Shown: positions 38,299 to 48,276 of the stretch, piece after piece | Layout of the letters: each line of letters starts with the position of its first letter | Numbering within the stretch: position 1 is the first letter of the stretch | DNA from: an uncultured Candidatus Binatia bacterium | GTDB taxonomy: Bacteria > Desulfobacterota > Binatia > UBA9968 > JAJDTQ01 | Length of the DNA stretch: 64,000 bases | Assembly: GCA_965213675.1 (NCBI GenBank) | Contig: OZ243916.1 | Location: forward strand, 1-64,000 | Direction: 5' to 3' | Made by a program: the position numbers and the translations under genes | Notes under the pieces: model-generated | The model's database searches: none | What the model was told of the DNA's origin: nothing | The model's input: only the letters and a program-made list of their open reading frames with translations

Positions 38299-38554
38299 GA
38301 TGACTCCTGAATCCTGGGTGTCCTGTGGATGGGCATTCCGGTCAGCCCATGGACGCGTTCCGCCTGGCTGCCGGGCGCCGGATGCTCCGTCGTAAACCAC
38401 CTCGCCGGCAACAGCTTGCCCCTGATCGGGATCAAGGGCAAGCCATCGCGGGTAGTACGTTCACCGCCGGATCGCGTGAACCGTCGCAACTCGCAGCGGC
38501 ACGGACGCCAGCGTTTTTTGAATCTGGGAGCCAAGAACGGCCTGCGGTACAGCC

Positions 38555-38650
38555 AATATTTATTGACCGAATTAATGTGAACTGTTATTAATGAACTGAT
38601 TACCTTATATGCCAACTCAACTATGGCAACTCAGTTGTCGCAACTCAAAG
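38555..38650 (+). promoter_or_regulatory. AT-rich regulatory region upstream of the giant surface protein
   Basis: TTGACC at 38563 with a weak -10 (TGnTATTAA); CAACTCA three times at 38613, 38627 and 38641. Confidence 0.45.
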
Positions 38651-38693
38651 CGTCGCCGGTAGAAAGGCGCGAAAACAAGGAAATGACCCGACC

Positions 38694-41600
38694 ATGAAAA
38701 AGAGCGACCGCGACAATGATTTCGTTGGCCTGGACGAGCGACGTGCGTCCCTGTGGCGAGGCCTGAGCCGCGGTGGGGGCCCTGCCATCCTCCGGTTGCG
38801 GCGCGCGCTGCTGCGGGTGTGGCTGTGTCTACCGTTGCTCTCCTTCCTGACGGGCCAGGTCATGGCGCAGACCACCCCCGACATTTCCATTTCGAGCGGT
38901 GTGACAGCCATTGCAGAAGGCTCAGGGGGTGTCGAGATCTTGGCGCAGTCCTCCGAGGAACTGAGTGTCGACCTCACGGTGAACTACACGATTGGCGGCA
39001 CGGCCACGCCCGGCACGGACTACACGATCGGCCAATGGACGGATTACTCCGTCAAGACTGGCACCTTCACCATGCCATCGGGGACGGAAGCCCTTGTCGA
39101 GTTTTCCGCTTTTTCCATGGCTCCCCTTTCGGACAATATCGAGGACCCCAGCGAGACCATTGTCGTGACGCTTGCTAGCGGTAGCGGCTATGGCCTCGGG
39201 TCCGCCAACACGCTCACCATCGCGGTGGTTGAAGACACCGGCCATGCGGAATTCGAACTGAGGGGCATCCCCCAGGTGGGCCGGACCCTGACCCTTGAGC
39301 GGACCGTGGACGACCCGGATGGCAATGGCACGATCGTCAATCGTACTTGGCGAAGAAACGAAAAAGGCGAAACTGGCGGGATAACGTCCCGCATCGATAT
39401 CAATGGAGTGCCGCACACGAGCCCACAGTATGTCGTCTCGGAGGACGACCTCGGCCGGGAATTGCACGCGCTGCTTAGCTACATCGACGGCCTGGGTGTG
39501 AAATTAGTCCGTTATACGCCCGCGGTGGGCCCGGTTGTTGCGGCTCCCGCGCATTTCGTATCCGTGAGTGTGGAGGACGATGCTTCGGAGGGTGATACGG
39601 GGACTCAAGACCAGCTGATCACGATGGCGGTTTCGCCGCCGGTGACTGACGGGTTTAGAATTGATCTTTGTCTTTCAGGCGATGCTACCCATTGGGACGA
39701 CTACAGGATTTTTGACGGTTTTGGAGTCTCGGCGGGATTTCACGAGGGCTGCTATACGGGAGGGTTGCTCATCAGCGGCAGCGGCGTGCCTGCTGGCGGT
39801 CAGTTCAGTATCCGGGTGATTGGGGACCGCGAAGTGGAGAGCGACGAGACGGTGACCCTGACGCTGAAGCGCCGCGGCGATACGCCTCTGGAGGTGGACG
39901 TATCGTCCACGAACGGGGCGGCGACCTACACGATCCTGAACGACGACACGGAGGGGGTGGTCATCAGCGAGACGGGGGCATCGACGGCGGTGGTGGAAGG
40001 GGGCTCGGGGGACCGCTATGGCGTGGCGCTGAACGCGGAGCCCACGCACAACGTGACGGTCACGGTGAGCGCGGGCAGCGGGGTGACGGTGAACAGCGGG
40101 GGCGGGACGCAGACGCTCACGTTCACGCCTTCGAACTGGAAGACGGCGCAGACCATCACGGTGGCGGCAGCGGCGGACAGCACGGACGATCCGGGATCGT
40201 CGCGGTCGGCCACGATCACTCACAGTTCGTCGTCGGGCGACAGCCGGTTCAACAACCTGACGATCGAAAGCGTGAGCGTGGACATCCGGGACGACGATGC
40301 GACGACGGTGACGCTTGCCGGGGGCGGCAGGGTAAAGGAGGACGGGTCGGACTCGGCGGAGGTCATGGTGACCTTGTCGCGCAACCTGGTGGCAGGGGAG
40401 ACAGTGACGGCGCCGTTGTCGGTATCGGGCACGGGGATCACGGGGTCGGATTACAGTCTGGCGCTCAAGACGGGAAACAGCCTCAACCGGGGGGTGGCGC
40501 TGAACACGGCCGATCCGTACAGCGCGGAGGCGCCCGCGGTGGTGTTTACGGGTCATGGCACGAACACGGTGAAGGTAGCGACACTGGTGGTGGAAGGGGC
40601 GCAGGATACGAGCAGGGAGGATGCAATTGAGACGCTGACGGTGGGCTTCGGGACTGTGACGAGCACTCTCGACCGGGAGTCGGGCGCCGGGACCGGGGGC
40701 ACCACGACCGCGGGCACGGCGCGGGTGGAGATAGCGGATGACGACGGCGTCACAGTGACCTTGTCGAGCAGCGCCTATGAAGTTCCCGAAGGCGATGCGC
40801 TGACGTTCGAGGTGACGCTGTCCGAAGCGCAGACGTCGGACAAGCAGTTCCATGTCGGGACGACAACGCTTACCGCGGCGGGCAACGGCGTGGATTACGA
40901 CAGCGTCACTCGAACGGTCACGATCGCGGCCAACGAGACCAGCGGGACAGGGACGCTACAAACCACGCAGGACAGCGCGAAGGAAAGCGACGAAACGTTC
41001 CGGATCGACATCGTCGGTTCCGCGTTGCCTGCCGGCATGAACCTGGGCACGCCGGGTACGGCGACCGTGACGATCATCGACGACGATAGAACGCAGATCG
41101 GCGTCGCCGGGGGCGCGGCGGTCACCGAAGGCGGCACCGCGGAATTCACTCTGACTGCGAGCCCGGCGCCGCCGGCGGCGCGGACGGTGAACGTGACCGT
41201 GGCGGACAGCGGGGCCTTTGCGGCCTCGGGGCAGACCGGCAGTCGGACGGTGACGATGGGCGCCGACGGCACGGCCACGCTGAGTGTCGCAACGGAAGAT
41301 GATGAGACCATTGAAGCCGACGGCCAACTGACGGTGACGGTGAAGACCGGCACGGGCTACACGCCATCTTCCAGCCAGGCCACGGCCACGGTCACGGTCC
41401 AGGACGACGACACTCCGCCGACACCCGTGGTCCAGTTCGCGTCAAGTGTGTCGAGCGCAGGCGAGGGCGCGGGTACGCGCAACGTGGTGGTGAGCCTGAG
41501 TCCGGCGCCGCAATCCGCGATCACGCTTCGCTATACGGTGGGCGGCACGGCGATATCGGGCAGCGACTACGGGGCACTGCCCCGGACGGTGTCGGTGCAA

Positions 41601-44600
41601 TCCGGCGCCGGGAGCGCGAACATTCCGGTGTCCATCACCAACGACAGCGCGGACGAACCCAACGAGACGATCATCCTGACGCTCACCGACAGCAGCGCCG
41701 CCTACGACCTCGGCGCGGTGACCGTCCACACCTTGACGATCACGGACAACGACGACCCGGCGCCGCCGCCCCCGCCCGCGACGCCGGTGGCGCAGTTCGT
41801 CTCGGCTTCATCGAGCGCGAGCGAGGACGCAGGCACGCACAACGTGGCGGTGAGCCTGAGTCCAGTGCTGCGGTCGGGGATCACGCTGAGCTACACGGTG
41901 GGCGGCACGGCGACATCGGGCAGCGACTACGAGGCGTTGACCGGGACAGTGCCAGTGGCGTCCGGCGCCGGGAGCGTGAACATTCCTGTGTCGATCACCG
42001 ACGACGGCGAGGACGAAACGAACGAGACGGTGGTGCTGACGCTCACGAGCAGTGGCGCCGACTACGACCTCGGCGCGGCGACCGTCCACACCTTGACGAT
42101 CACGGACAACGACGACTTGGCGCCGCCGCCCCCGCCTGCGACGCCGGTGGCGCAGTTCGTCTCGGCTTCATCGAGCGCGGGCGAGGACGCAGGCACGCAC
42201 AACGTGGCGGTGAGCCTGAGTCCAGTGCCGCAGTCGGGGATCACGCTGAGCTACAGGGTGGGCGGCACGGCGACATCGGGCAGCGACTACGAGGCGTTGA
42301 CCGGGACGGTAACGGTCCCATCCGGCGCGAACAAGGTGAACATCCCGGTGGTGATCACCGACGACGGCGAGGACGAACCGAACGAGACGGTGGTGCTGAC
42401 GCTCACGAGCAGTGGCGATGACTACGACCTCGGCGCCGCGACCGTCCACACCCTGACGATCACGGACGGCGACGACCCTGCGCCCCCTGCGACGCCGGTG
42501 GCGCAGTTCGTCTCGGCTTCATCGAGCGCGGGCGAGGACGCAGGCACACACAACGTGGCGGTGAGCCTGAGTCCAGTGCCGCAGTCGGGGATCACGTTGG
42601 GCTACAGGGTGGGCGGCACGGCGACATCGGGCAGCGACTACGAGGCGTTGACCGGGACGGTAACGGTCCCATCCGGCGCGAACAAGGTGAACATCCCGGT
42701 GGTGATCACCCACGACAGCGAAGACGAACCGAATGAGACGGTGGTGCTGACGCTCACGAGTAGTGACGCCGACTACGATCTTGGCGCTGCGACCGTCCAC
42801 ACCTTGACGATCACGGACAACGACGACCCGGCGCCGCCGCCCCCGCCCGCGACGCCGGTGGCGCAGTTCGTCTCGGCTTCATCGAGCGCGGGCGAGGACG
42901 CAGGCACGCACAACGTGGCGGTGAGCTTCAGTCCGGCGCCGCAATCGGGGATAACGTTGGGTTACCTGGTGGGCGGCACGGCGACATCGGGCAGCGACTA
43001 CGACGCGTTGTCCGGGACATTGTCCGTCGCACCCGGCGCCGGGAGCGTGAACATTCCGGTGTCGATCACCGACGACGGCGAAGACGAACCGAATGAGACA
43101 GTGGTGCTGACGCTCACGGCCAACAGCCCCGACTACGGCCTTGGCGCCAGGGCTGCGCACACCTTGAGGATCATCGACAACGACGAGCCGCCCAACAGGC
43201 GGCCTACGGGCGCGGATTTGACGCTGACGCTTGACGAGGATGGCGCCCACGTGTTCCGGGCGGGGGATTTCGGCTTTGCGGATGCGGACGGGGGCGATGC
43301 GCTGGCGGGCATTCGGCTCGCGACGGTGCCGGAAGCGGGCGCGCTGGAGGTCCACGGCGAGGGGGCGTTGGCGGGCCAGATTGTTTCCCGCGCGGCCCTT
43401 GACGGCGGCGCGCTGGTGTTCGCCCCGGCTGCCAACGAGCACGGCGCGGCATACGCGAGCTTCCGCTTCCATGTGAGCGACGGCGAGGACGAGAGCCTTT
43501 CAGGGAACACCGCGGCGATTGGAGTGCGTTCCGTCAACGATGCCGCCACCGGGGCGCCGGAGATCACCGGCGATCCGGTATCGGGCGGCGTGCTGTTGGC
43601 CAGCGTAGCCGCGGTCTCCGACGTCGATGGCATGGAAGCAGCGGAGTTTTCGTACCAGTGGCTACGTGTGGCTGACGGCAGGGAAGTGGAGATCGAAGGC
43701 GCCAGCGCGAGCAGCTACCGTGTGGCGGGGGTGGACGTGGGGGCGGTGCTGAAGGTGCGGGTGCGCTTCACTGACGATGCGGGCTTCGCGGAGACCGTGA
43801 CCAGCCCGGGCAGCGAAGCGGCGCGGCCCGTCAGGCCATGGGCGCCGGCGGGATTCACGGTCATCGCGGGGGACGGCGAAGCCAGCCTGAGTTGGCAAGC
43901 GCCGGAATCCGACGGCGGCGCGGCAATCACGGCGTACGAATACCGCTTCGCGCAAGGCGGCACGATACCCGAAGGGACGGCGTGGACGGCGGCGGGCAGC
44001 GGACTGGCCGCGACGGTCACCGGCCTGGAGAACGGCCGGAGCCATGTTTTCGAGGTACGCGCGGTGAACAGCGCCGGACCAGGGGCGGCGGCCCGCACCA
44101 CGGTAGAGCTGCCCGCGCTCGAAGCCGTGCCGGGTATGCCGCGGGAGCTGGCTGCCGCGGGCGGCGAGGGAGAGGTACTGTTGACCTGGACCGCGCCCTT
44201 GGACGACGGCAACGCGGCGATCACCGATTACGAATACCGCTTTGCCGAGGGCGCGCATGTGGCGCCGGAGACTCCCTGGTTGCCCGCGGGCACCGACCTG
44301 CGCGAGCGGGTGACCGGGCTGGGCGACAGCCGGCAATACCGATTCGAGGTACGGGCGGTGAACCGGATCGGACCGGGCCCGGCGGCCTTTGCCACGGGCG
44401 AGACGGCCCCGCGCCGGTTGGACAGCACCGCGGTGGCGGGCTGGCTCGGGCGGTTCGGCCGCGCCGCAGCCGCGGACACGGCGGAGGCGATCCGCCGGCG
44501 GCTGGAGGAGAGGCCCCGGCGCGGGCTGATAGTCGGCGGCCGCCACCTGTCGGCTTGGTTCGGGCGGCCTCGGGACGGCGAAGCCGGCGGGCTGGAGGCT

Positions 44601-45947
44601 CGGGGGCGCCTGCCCGAAGCCAGAGAATCGACATTCGACCGGAACGGGAGCGGGGCGGGATTCGCCGCCGGCATGCCAAGGCCCGTGGCGGGGACCGGGG
44701 ACAGCGGGTTTGGCGCGGACGCGGGCTGGCAGCCGCGGCCGGGCGCCCGCCGGCAGCCGAGTCTCGGTGACGTGCTGCGGAACAGTTCGTTCTTCCACGG
44801 CTTGCAGGAAGACGGGGAGAAGAGTGCGGCGGATGGCGGCTGGCATGGCTGGACCGTGTGGGGAGGCGCCGCGCGCAGCCGCTTTGATGCCGGTGTGAGC
44901 AGGCTTTCGCTTGACGCCGAGGTCGACACGGGCACCGCGGGATTCGATGCCCGCCGGGGCCGGTGGCTGGCTGGCCTCGCGATTTCCCACAGCGCGGGGG
45001 AAGGACGTTTCTCCGACGCCGAGGGGAGTCCGGGCGCTGCGGAGAGCAGCCTCACCGGGGTCTACCCGTATGCCCGTTATCAATTCGGTCCGCGCACGGG
45101 CTTGTGGGGCGCGGCCGGCTTCGCGGCCGGCGACCTGCGGTTGATTTCCCACCGGAGCGCATCGCCCGCGGAGACCGACATGGGCAATTTCATGGCGGTC
45201 CTGGGGGGCCGAAGCGTGCTCTCCGCGGGAACCGTCCAGGACAGCCGCTTCGAGTTGGCGGTGCGCTCCGACGCCCTGTTCACCCGCACCTCGGCGGAGG
45301 GCGGAGCGGGGATCGCGGAAGCCGACGCCGCCACCACCCGGCTGCGGCTGCTGCTCGAGGCCACAGGGTCGATTGCCGCCGGCGAAGGCGTGTTGAGCCC
45401 GACCCTCGATGCCGGTATGCGGCACGAGAGCGGCGACGCCGAGACGGGCGCGGGCTTGGAACTCGGCGGCGGCCTTGCCTGGCGCGGCGGTCCTCTGACC
45501 GTGCGGGTGAAGGGCCGCGGACTGCTGGCGCATGCGGACGAGGCCTTCGAGGAGTGGGGCTACAGCGCCGGAGTCCAGTACGAACCCGGCGCCGGCGGCC
45601 GGGGACTGCGGGTTAAGCTCACCTCCGGTCGCGGCGCGACCTTCGGCAGCGCCGAACAGCTCTGGGAACTTCCCGACGCCAGTGGCCTCAGCCAAGGCGG
45701 GGAGCCGATGCCGGGCTGGCGCACCGGACTGGAGTTCGGCTACGGCCTGCAAGGCGACTGGCGCGAAGCCCTGTGGGTGCCCTACGTCGGCGTCGAGACC
45801 CACGCCGCCGGCGACAGGGCGCTGGAGTTGGGCGTCAAGCTTTATGCCGGCGACCGCATGGACGCCAGCCTCGAATACGGCCGGCGCAACTCCGGCTTCG
45901 AACCGCCGCGGAACGCCATCGCAATCAAGGGACAGATCCGCTTCTGA
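38694..45947 (+). CDS. Giant surface/adhesin protein: multiple Calx-beta-like domains, Ig/cadherin-like module, two FN3 domains, C-terminal autotransporter-like beta-barrel
   Basis: Signal peptide; repeated GGTAT.GSDY...DD..DE.NET...TITDND; FN3 W.AP..DG..AIT.YEY...FEVRAVN; barrel region ending in F. Confidence 0.85.
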   Translation: MKKSDRDNDFVGLDERRASLWRGLSRGGGPAILRLRRALLRVWLCLPLLSFLTGQVMAQTTPDISISSGVTAIAEGSGGVEILAQSSEELSVDLTVNYTIGGTATPGTDYTIGQWTDYSVKTGTFTMPSGTEALVEFSAFSMAPLSDNIEDPSETIVVTLASGSGYGLGSANTLTIAVVEDTGHAEFELRGIPQVGRTLTLERTVDDPDGNGTIVNRTWRRNEKGETGGITSRIDINGVPHTSPQYVVSEDDLGRELHALLSYIDGLGVKLVRYTPAVGPVVAAPAHFVSVSVEDDASEGDTGTQDQLITMAVSPPVTDGFRIDLCLSGDATHWDDYRIFDGFGVSAGFHEGCYTGGLLISGSGVPAGGQFSIRVIGDREVESDETVTLTLKRRGDTPLEVDVSSTNGAATYTILNDDTEGVVISETGASTAVVEGGSGDRYGVALNAEPTHNVTVTVSAGSGVTVNSGGGTQTLTFTPSNWKTAQTITVAAAADSTDDPGSSRSATITHSSSSGDSRFNNLTIESVSVDIRDDDATTVTLAGGGRVKEDGSDSAEVMVTLSRNLVAGETVTAPLSVSGTGITGSDYSLALKTGNSLNRGVALNTADPYSAEAPAVVFTGHGTNTVKVATLVVEGAQDTSREDAIETLTVGFGTVTSTLDRESGAGTGGTTTAGTARVEIADDDGVTVTLSSSAYEVPEGDALTFEVTLSEAQTSDKQFHVGTTTLTAAGNGVDYDSVTRTVTIAANETSGTGTLQTTQDSAKESDETFRIDIVGSALPAGMNLGTPGTATVTIIDDDRTQIGVAGGAAVTEGGTAEFTLTASPAPPAARTVNVTVADSGAFAASGQTGSRTVTMGADGTATLSVATEDDETIEADGQLTVTVKTGTGYTPSSSQATATVTVQDDDTPPTPVVQFASSVSSAGEGAGTRNVVVSLSPAPQSAITLRYTVGGTAISGSDYGALPRTVSVQSGAGSANIPVSITNDSADEPNETIILTLTDSSAAYDLGAVTVHTLTITDNDDPAPPPPPATPVAQFVSASSSASEDAGTHNVAVSLSPVLRSGITLSYTVGGTATSGSDYEALTGTVPVASGAGSVNIPVSITDDGEDETNETVVLTLTSSGADYDLGAATVHTLTITDNDDLAPPPPPATPVAQFVSASSSAGEDAGTHNVAVSLSPVPQSGITLSYRVGGTATSGSDYEALTGTVTVPSGANKVNIPVVITDDGEDEPNETVVLTLTSSGDDYDLGAATVHTLTITDGDDPAPPATPVAQFVSASSSAGEDAGTHNVAVSLSPVPQSGITLGYRVGGTATSGSDYEALTGTVTVPSGANKVNIPVVITHDSEDEPNETVVLTLTSSDADYDLGAATVHTLTITDNDDPAPPPPPATPVAQFVSASSSAGEDAGTHNVAVSFSPAPQSGITLGYLVGGTATSGSDYDALSGTLSVAPGAGSVNIPVSITDDGEDEPNETVVLTLTANSPDYGLGARAAHTLRIIDNDEPPNRRPTGADLTLTLDEDGAHVFRAGDFGFADADGGDALAGIRLATVPEAGALEVHGEGALAGQIVSRAALDGGALVFAPAANEHGAAYASFRFHVSDGEDESLSGNTAAIGVRSVNDAATGAPEITGDPVSGGVLLASVAAVSDVDGMEAAEFSYQWLRVADGREVEIEGASASSYRVAGVDVGAVLKVRVRFTDDAGFAETVTSPGSEAARPVRPWAPAGFTVIAGDGEASLSWQAPESDGGAAITAYEYRFAQGGTIPEGTAWTAAGSGLAATVTGLENGRSHVFEVRAVNSAGPGAAARTTVELPALEAVPGMPRELAAAGGEGEVLLTWTAPLDDGNAAITDYEYRFAEGAHVAPETPWLPAGTDLRERVTGLGDSRQYRFEVRAVNRIGPGPAAFATGETAPRRLDSTAVAGWLGRFGRAAAADTAEAIRRRLEERPRRGLIVGGRHLSAWFGRPRDGEAGGLEARGRLPEARESTFDRNGSGAGFAAGMPRPVAGTGDSGFGADAGWQPRPGARRQPSLGDVLRNSSFFHGLQEDGEKSAADGGWHGWTVWGGAARSRFDAGVSRLSLDAEVDTGTAGFDARRGRWLAGLAISHSAGEGRFSDAEGSPGAAESSLTGVYPYARYQFGPRTGLWGAAGFAAGDLRLISHRSASPAETDMGNFMAVLGGRSVLSAGTVQDSRFELAVRSDALFTRTSAEGGAGIAEADAATTRLRLLLEATGSIAAGEGVLSPTLDAGMRHESGDAETGAGLELGGGLAWRGGPLTVRVKGRGLLAHADEAFEEWGYSAGVQYEPGAGGRGLRVKLTSGRGATFGSAEQLWELPDASGLSQGGEPMPGWRTGLEFGYGLQGDWREALWVPYVGVETHAAGDRALELGVKLYAGDRMDASLEYGRRNSGFEPPRNAIAIKGQIRF
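41421..43190 (+). repeat. Five tandem intragenic Calx-beta repeats
   Basis: Units start at 41421, 41781, 42141, 42492 and 42852 (periods 360, 360, 351, 360 bp); units 2-5 are highly similar at the DNA level. Confidence 0.95.
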
Positions 45948-45962
45948 AGGATTCAGGGACCA

Positions 45963-46138
45963 GGAGCTTGCGCCGCAGGAATTCACGGCTGCAAGTCCCA
46001 CGGCTGCAGATCCCCCCTCATCCGCCCCTTCGGCCGCTCGATTTCGTCAAATTTGACATGATATTCTCTTCCATCGAGCGGCCGATGGGACTGCGATAGC
46101 GAATTTTCGCTTTCGCGAATCCCTACGGCGCAAGCTCC
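45963..46138. mobile_element. MITE family B with an internal short duplication
   Basis: GGAGCTTGCGCCGCAGGAA...GGCGCAAGCTCC; CACGGCTGCA occurs twice in tandem. Confidence 0.85.
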
Positions 46139-46220
46139 CAGGCTCCCAGGCCAGCCGCTCCGTCCAAAACGCCGGGTCCTCCCGGCTTTCGGGTCCTCCA
46201 GGAGTCTGTGTCTGCACAAG

Positions 46221-46287
46221 TCGTCGCGCCTTGCCGAGAAACAGAATTCCGGCGACACTTGTCGCAGTGATTTACGGGACACGACAC
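46221..46287. repeat. Right half of MITE family A
   Basis: TCGCGCCTTGCCG...CTTGTCGCAGTGATTTACGGGACACGACAC matches the right arm of the 3857 copy. Confidence 0.7.
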
Positions 46288-46371
46288 GGGGGACGGTCAC
46301 CCTCCCGTCACCGTAGCGCGCTGCATACTCGCTGCGCTGCGGTTCGCCTGTGGAAAGGCTCGGCAATCGAA

Positions 46372-47529
46372 ATGAAGATCACGGACGTCAAGACCCTGCG
46401 GCTGCGCGCGCCGCTCGGCGCGCAGGGGCAGGTGGAGAGCCGCACGGGCGTGCGCACCCACCGCTACGGGTTTCTGGTGCAAGTCCACACCGATTCGGGC
46501 GTCACCGGCATGGGGTCGTGTTCCGGCAATGGGATCGTGCTCGAAACCATTGTCACCCACGTGCTCAAGCCGCTCCTCGTGGGCATGGATCCCCTCGATA
46601 TCGACGCCGTATGGGATACGGCCTATTTCCGCGCCGGCGCGCGCGCGTTCGGCTCCCGTGGGGTCGGCGTCGTGGCCCTGAGCGGCGTGGACATCGCGCT
46701 GTGGGACATCGCCGGCAAGGTGAAGGGCGTGCCGGTTTGCGAGTTGCTGGGCGGCAAGCGCCGGGACCTGGTGGAGGTCTACGCCACCGCCCTCTATCCC
46801 GAGGCAACCGCGGCCGCGGTGGAGAAGGCCGAGACGCTTGCGGAACGGGGATTCCACGGCATCAAGATCAAGGTGGGCTTCGACCTGGCCCAGGACGTCG
46901 AGATCGTGAGCGCGGTGCGGTCGGCGTTGGGAGCCGACTTTCCGCTCCTGACCGACGCCAACATGGGCTACGGGCTCGACGTGGCGGTGGCTGCCGCCGC
47001 GGCGTTCGAGAAGCTCGGCGTCGGTTGGCTGGAGGAGCCGCTGTTCATGGAGGACGTGGCCGGCCACGCCGAACTCAAGGCCCGCACCGGCGTCCCCGTG
47101 GCCTTGGGCGAGAACCTCCACACCCGCTTCGCCTTCGAGTCGTTCATGGCCCGGGACGCCGTCGACGTGCTCCAGCCCGACGTGGCCCGCGCCGGCGGCA
47201 TCAGCGAAGTGCGCGCCATTGCCGCAGCGGCGGCGGAACGGCGGTTGCCGGTGTCCCTCCACACCTACGGGGACGGCATCGCCCTGGCGGCGAGCCTCCA
47301 CTTGGCGGCGGCCCTGGAGAACAGCGCGGTCATGGAGTTCGACTACAACGAGAACCCGCTCCGCAGCGAGCTGCTCCACGAGTCCCTGGAGCCCAGGAAT
47401 GGTTTCATGGGTCCGCCCGACGGCCCCGGACTCGGGGTCACCCTCGATCCCGAAGCGCTCAGGCGCTACCGTTTCGAGGGCAGCGGCGACCTTGCGCTGT
47501 GGCGGCCGACCCTGCGTGATTTCGGATAG
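46372..47529 (+). CDS. Mandelate racemase/muconate lactonizing enzyme family (enolase superfamily)
   Basis: SGVDIALWDIAGK, KIKVG, DAN, WLEEP, GEN, QPD and GPGLG motifs. Confidence 0.93.
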   Translation: MKITDVKTLRLRAPLGAQGQVESRTGVRTHRYGFLVQVHTDSGVTGMGSCSGNGIVLETIVTHVLKPLLVGMDPLDIDAVWDTAYFRAGARAFGSRGVGVVALSGVDIALWDIAGKVKGVPVCELLGGKRRDLVEVYATALYPEATAAAVEKAETLAERGFHGIKIKVGFDLAQDVEIVSAVRSALGADFPLLTDANMGYGLDVAVAAAAAFEKLGVGWLEEPLFMEDVAGHAELKARTGVPVALGENLHTRFAFESFMARDAVDVLQPDVARAGGISEVRAIAAAAAERRLPVSLHTYGDGIALAASLHLAAALENSAVMEFDYNENPLRSELLHESLEPRNGFMGPPDGPGLGVTLDPEALRRYRFEGSGDLALWRPTLRDFG

Positions 47530-47641
47530 TGCCGCGGGCGGCAAGCACGGCAGCTCCACCCATGTGCCCACGGCAAAACCCAAGGGTGCACCTTCCACAA
47601 GATCGCCGACGAAACTATATGTGCCGACGGGAGAACCTCTG

Positions 47642-48142
47642 ATGCAGGACGCCGCCTATTGGATAGAAAAGCTCGGCCTTGAACCCCATCCCGAAGGCGG
47701 GCACTTCAAGGAAGTCTATCGATCCGCGGCCACGGTTCCCGGCGAGGCGCTGGTCGGGTACGATGGCCCGCGCAATCTCGGGACCTCCATTTATTTCCTT
47801 TTGGAGGCCCACCAGGTGTCGGCCTTCCATCGCATCAAACAGGACGAGTTGTGGCACTTCTACGCGGGCGCGCCTCTTGCCGTGCACGTCATCGATGCCG
47901 CGGGCCGTTACACGCCCATCCGCATGGGCGCGGACCCGGAAGCGGGCCACCGCTTTCAAGTGCTGGTGCCGGGTGGATCCGTGTTCGGCGCGTCCGTGGA
48001 CGACGACCACGGATATGCTTTGGTGGGTTGCACCTGTGTCCCCGGCTTCGACTTCGCCGATTTCGAGATGCCCAGGAGGAAAGATCTGCTCGGCCGCTAT
48101 CCGCAACACGAAGCGATCATCGCGCGCCTGACCCGCGCGTAG
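47642..48142 (+). CDS. Cupin, DUF985 family
   Basis: LGLEPHPEGGHF, TSIYFLL, HRI..DELWHFY.G and PGFDFADF motifs. Confidence 0.9.
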   Translation: MQDAAYWIEKLGLEPHPEGGHFKEVYRSAATVPGEALVGYDGPRNLGTSIYFLLEAHQVSAFHRIKQDELWHFYAGAPLAVHVIDAAGRYTPIRMGADPEAGHRFQVLVPGGSVFGASVDDDHGYALVGCTCVPGFDFADFEMPRRKDLLGRYPQHEAIIARLTRA

Positions 48143-48276
48143 GCAGCGCCACTCCAGGCACGGCGGAACTCTCCGCCATGGCCCTGCCTGTGCGAAGGTC
48201 CCCCACCGCGCAGGCGCGACGCGGGACCCTCGCAACCAGTGGCGCTCGGGCAGGACAGCTCGATCGGAACTCTCGA

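Noticed and set aside
41421-43190. Tandem array as a CRISPR or non-coding repeat
   Set aside because: Units are ~360 bp, in frame and encode Calx-beta domains; there is no repeat-spacer structure and no cas gene
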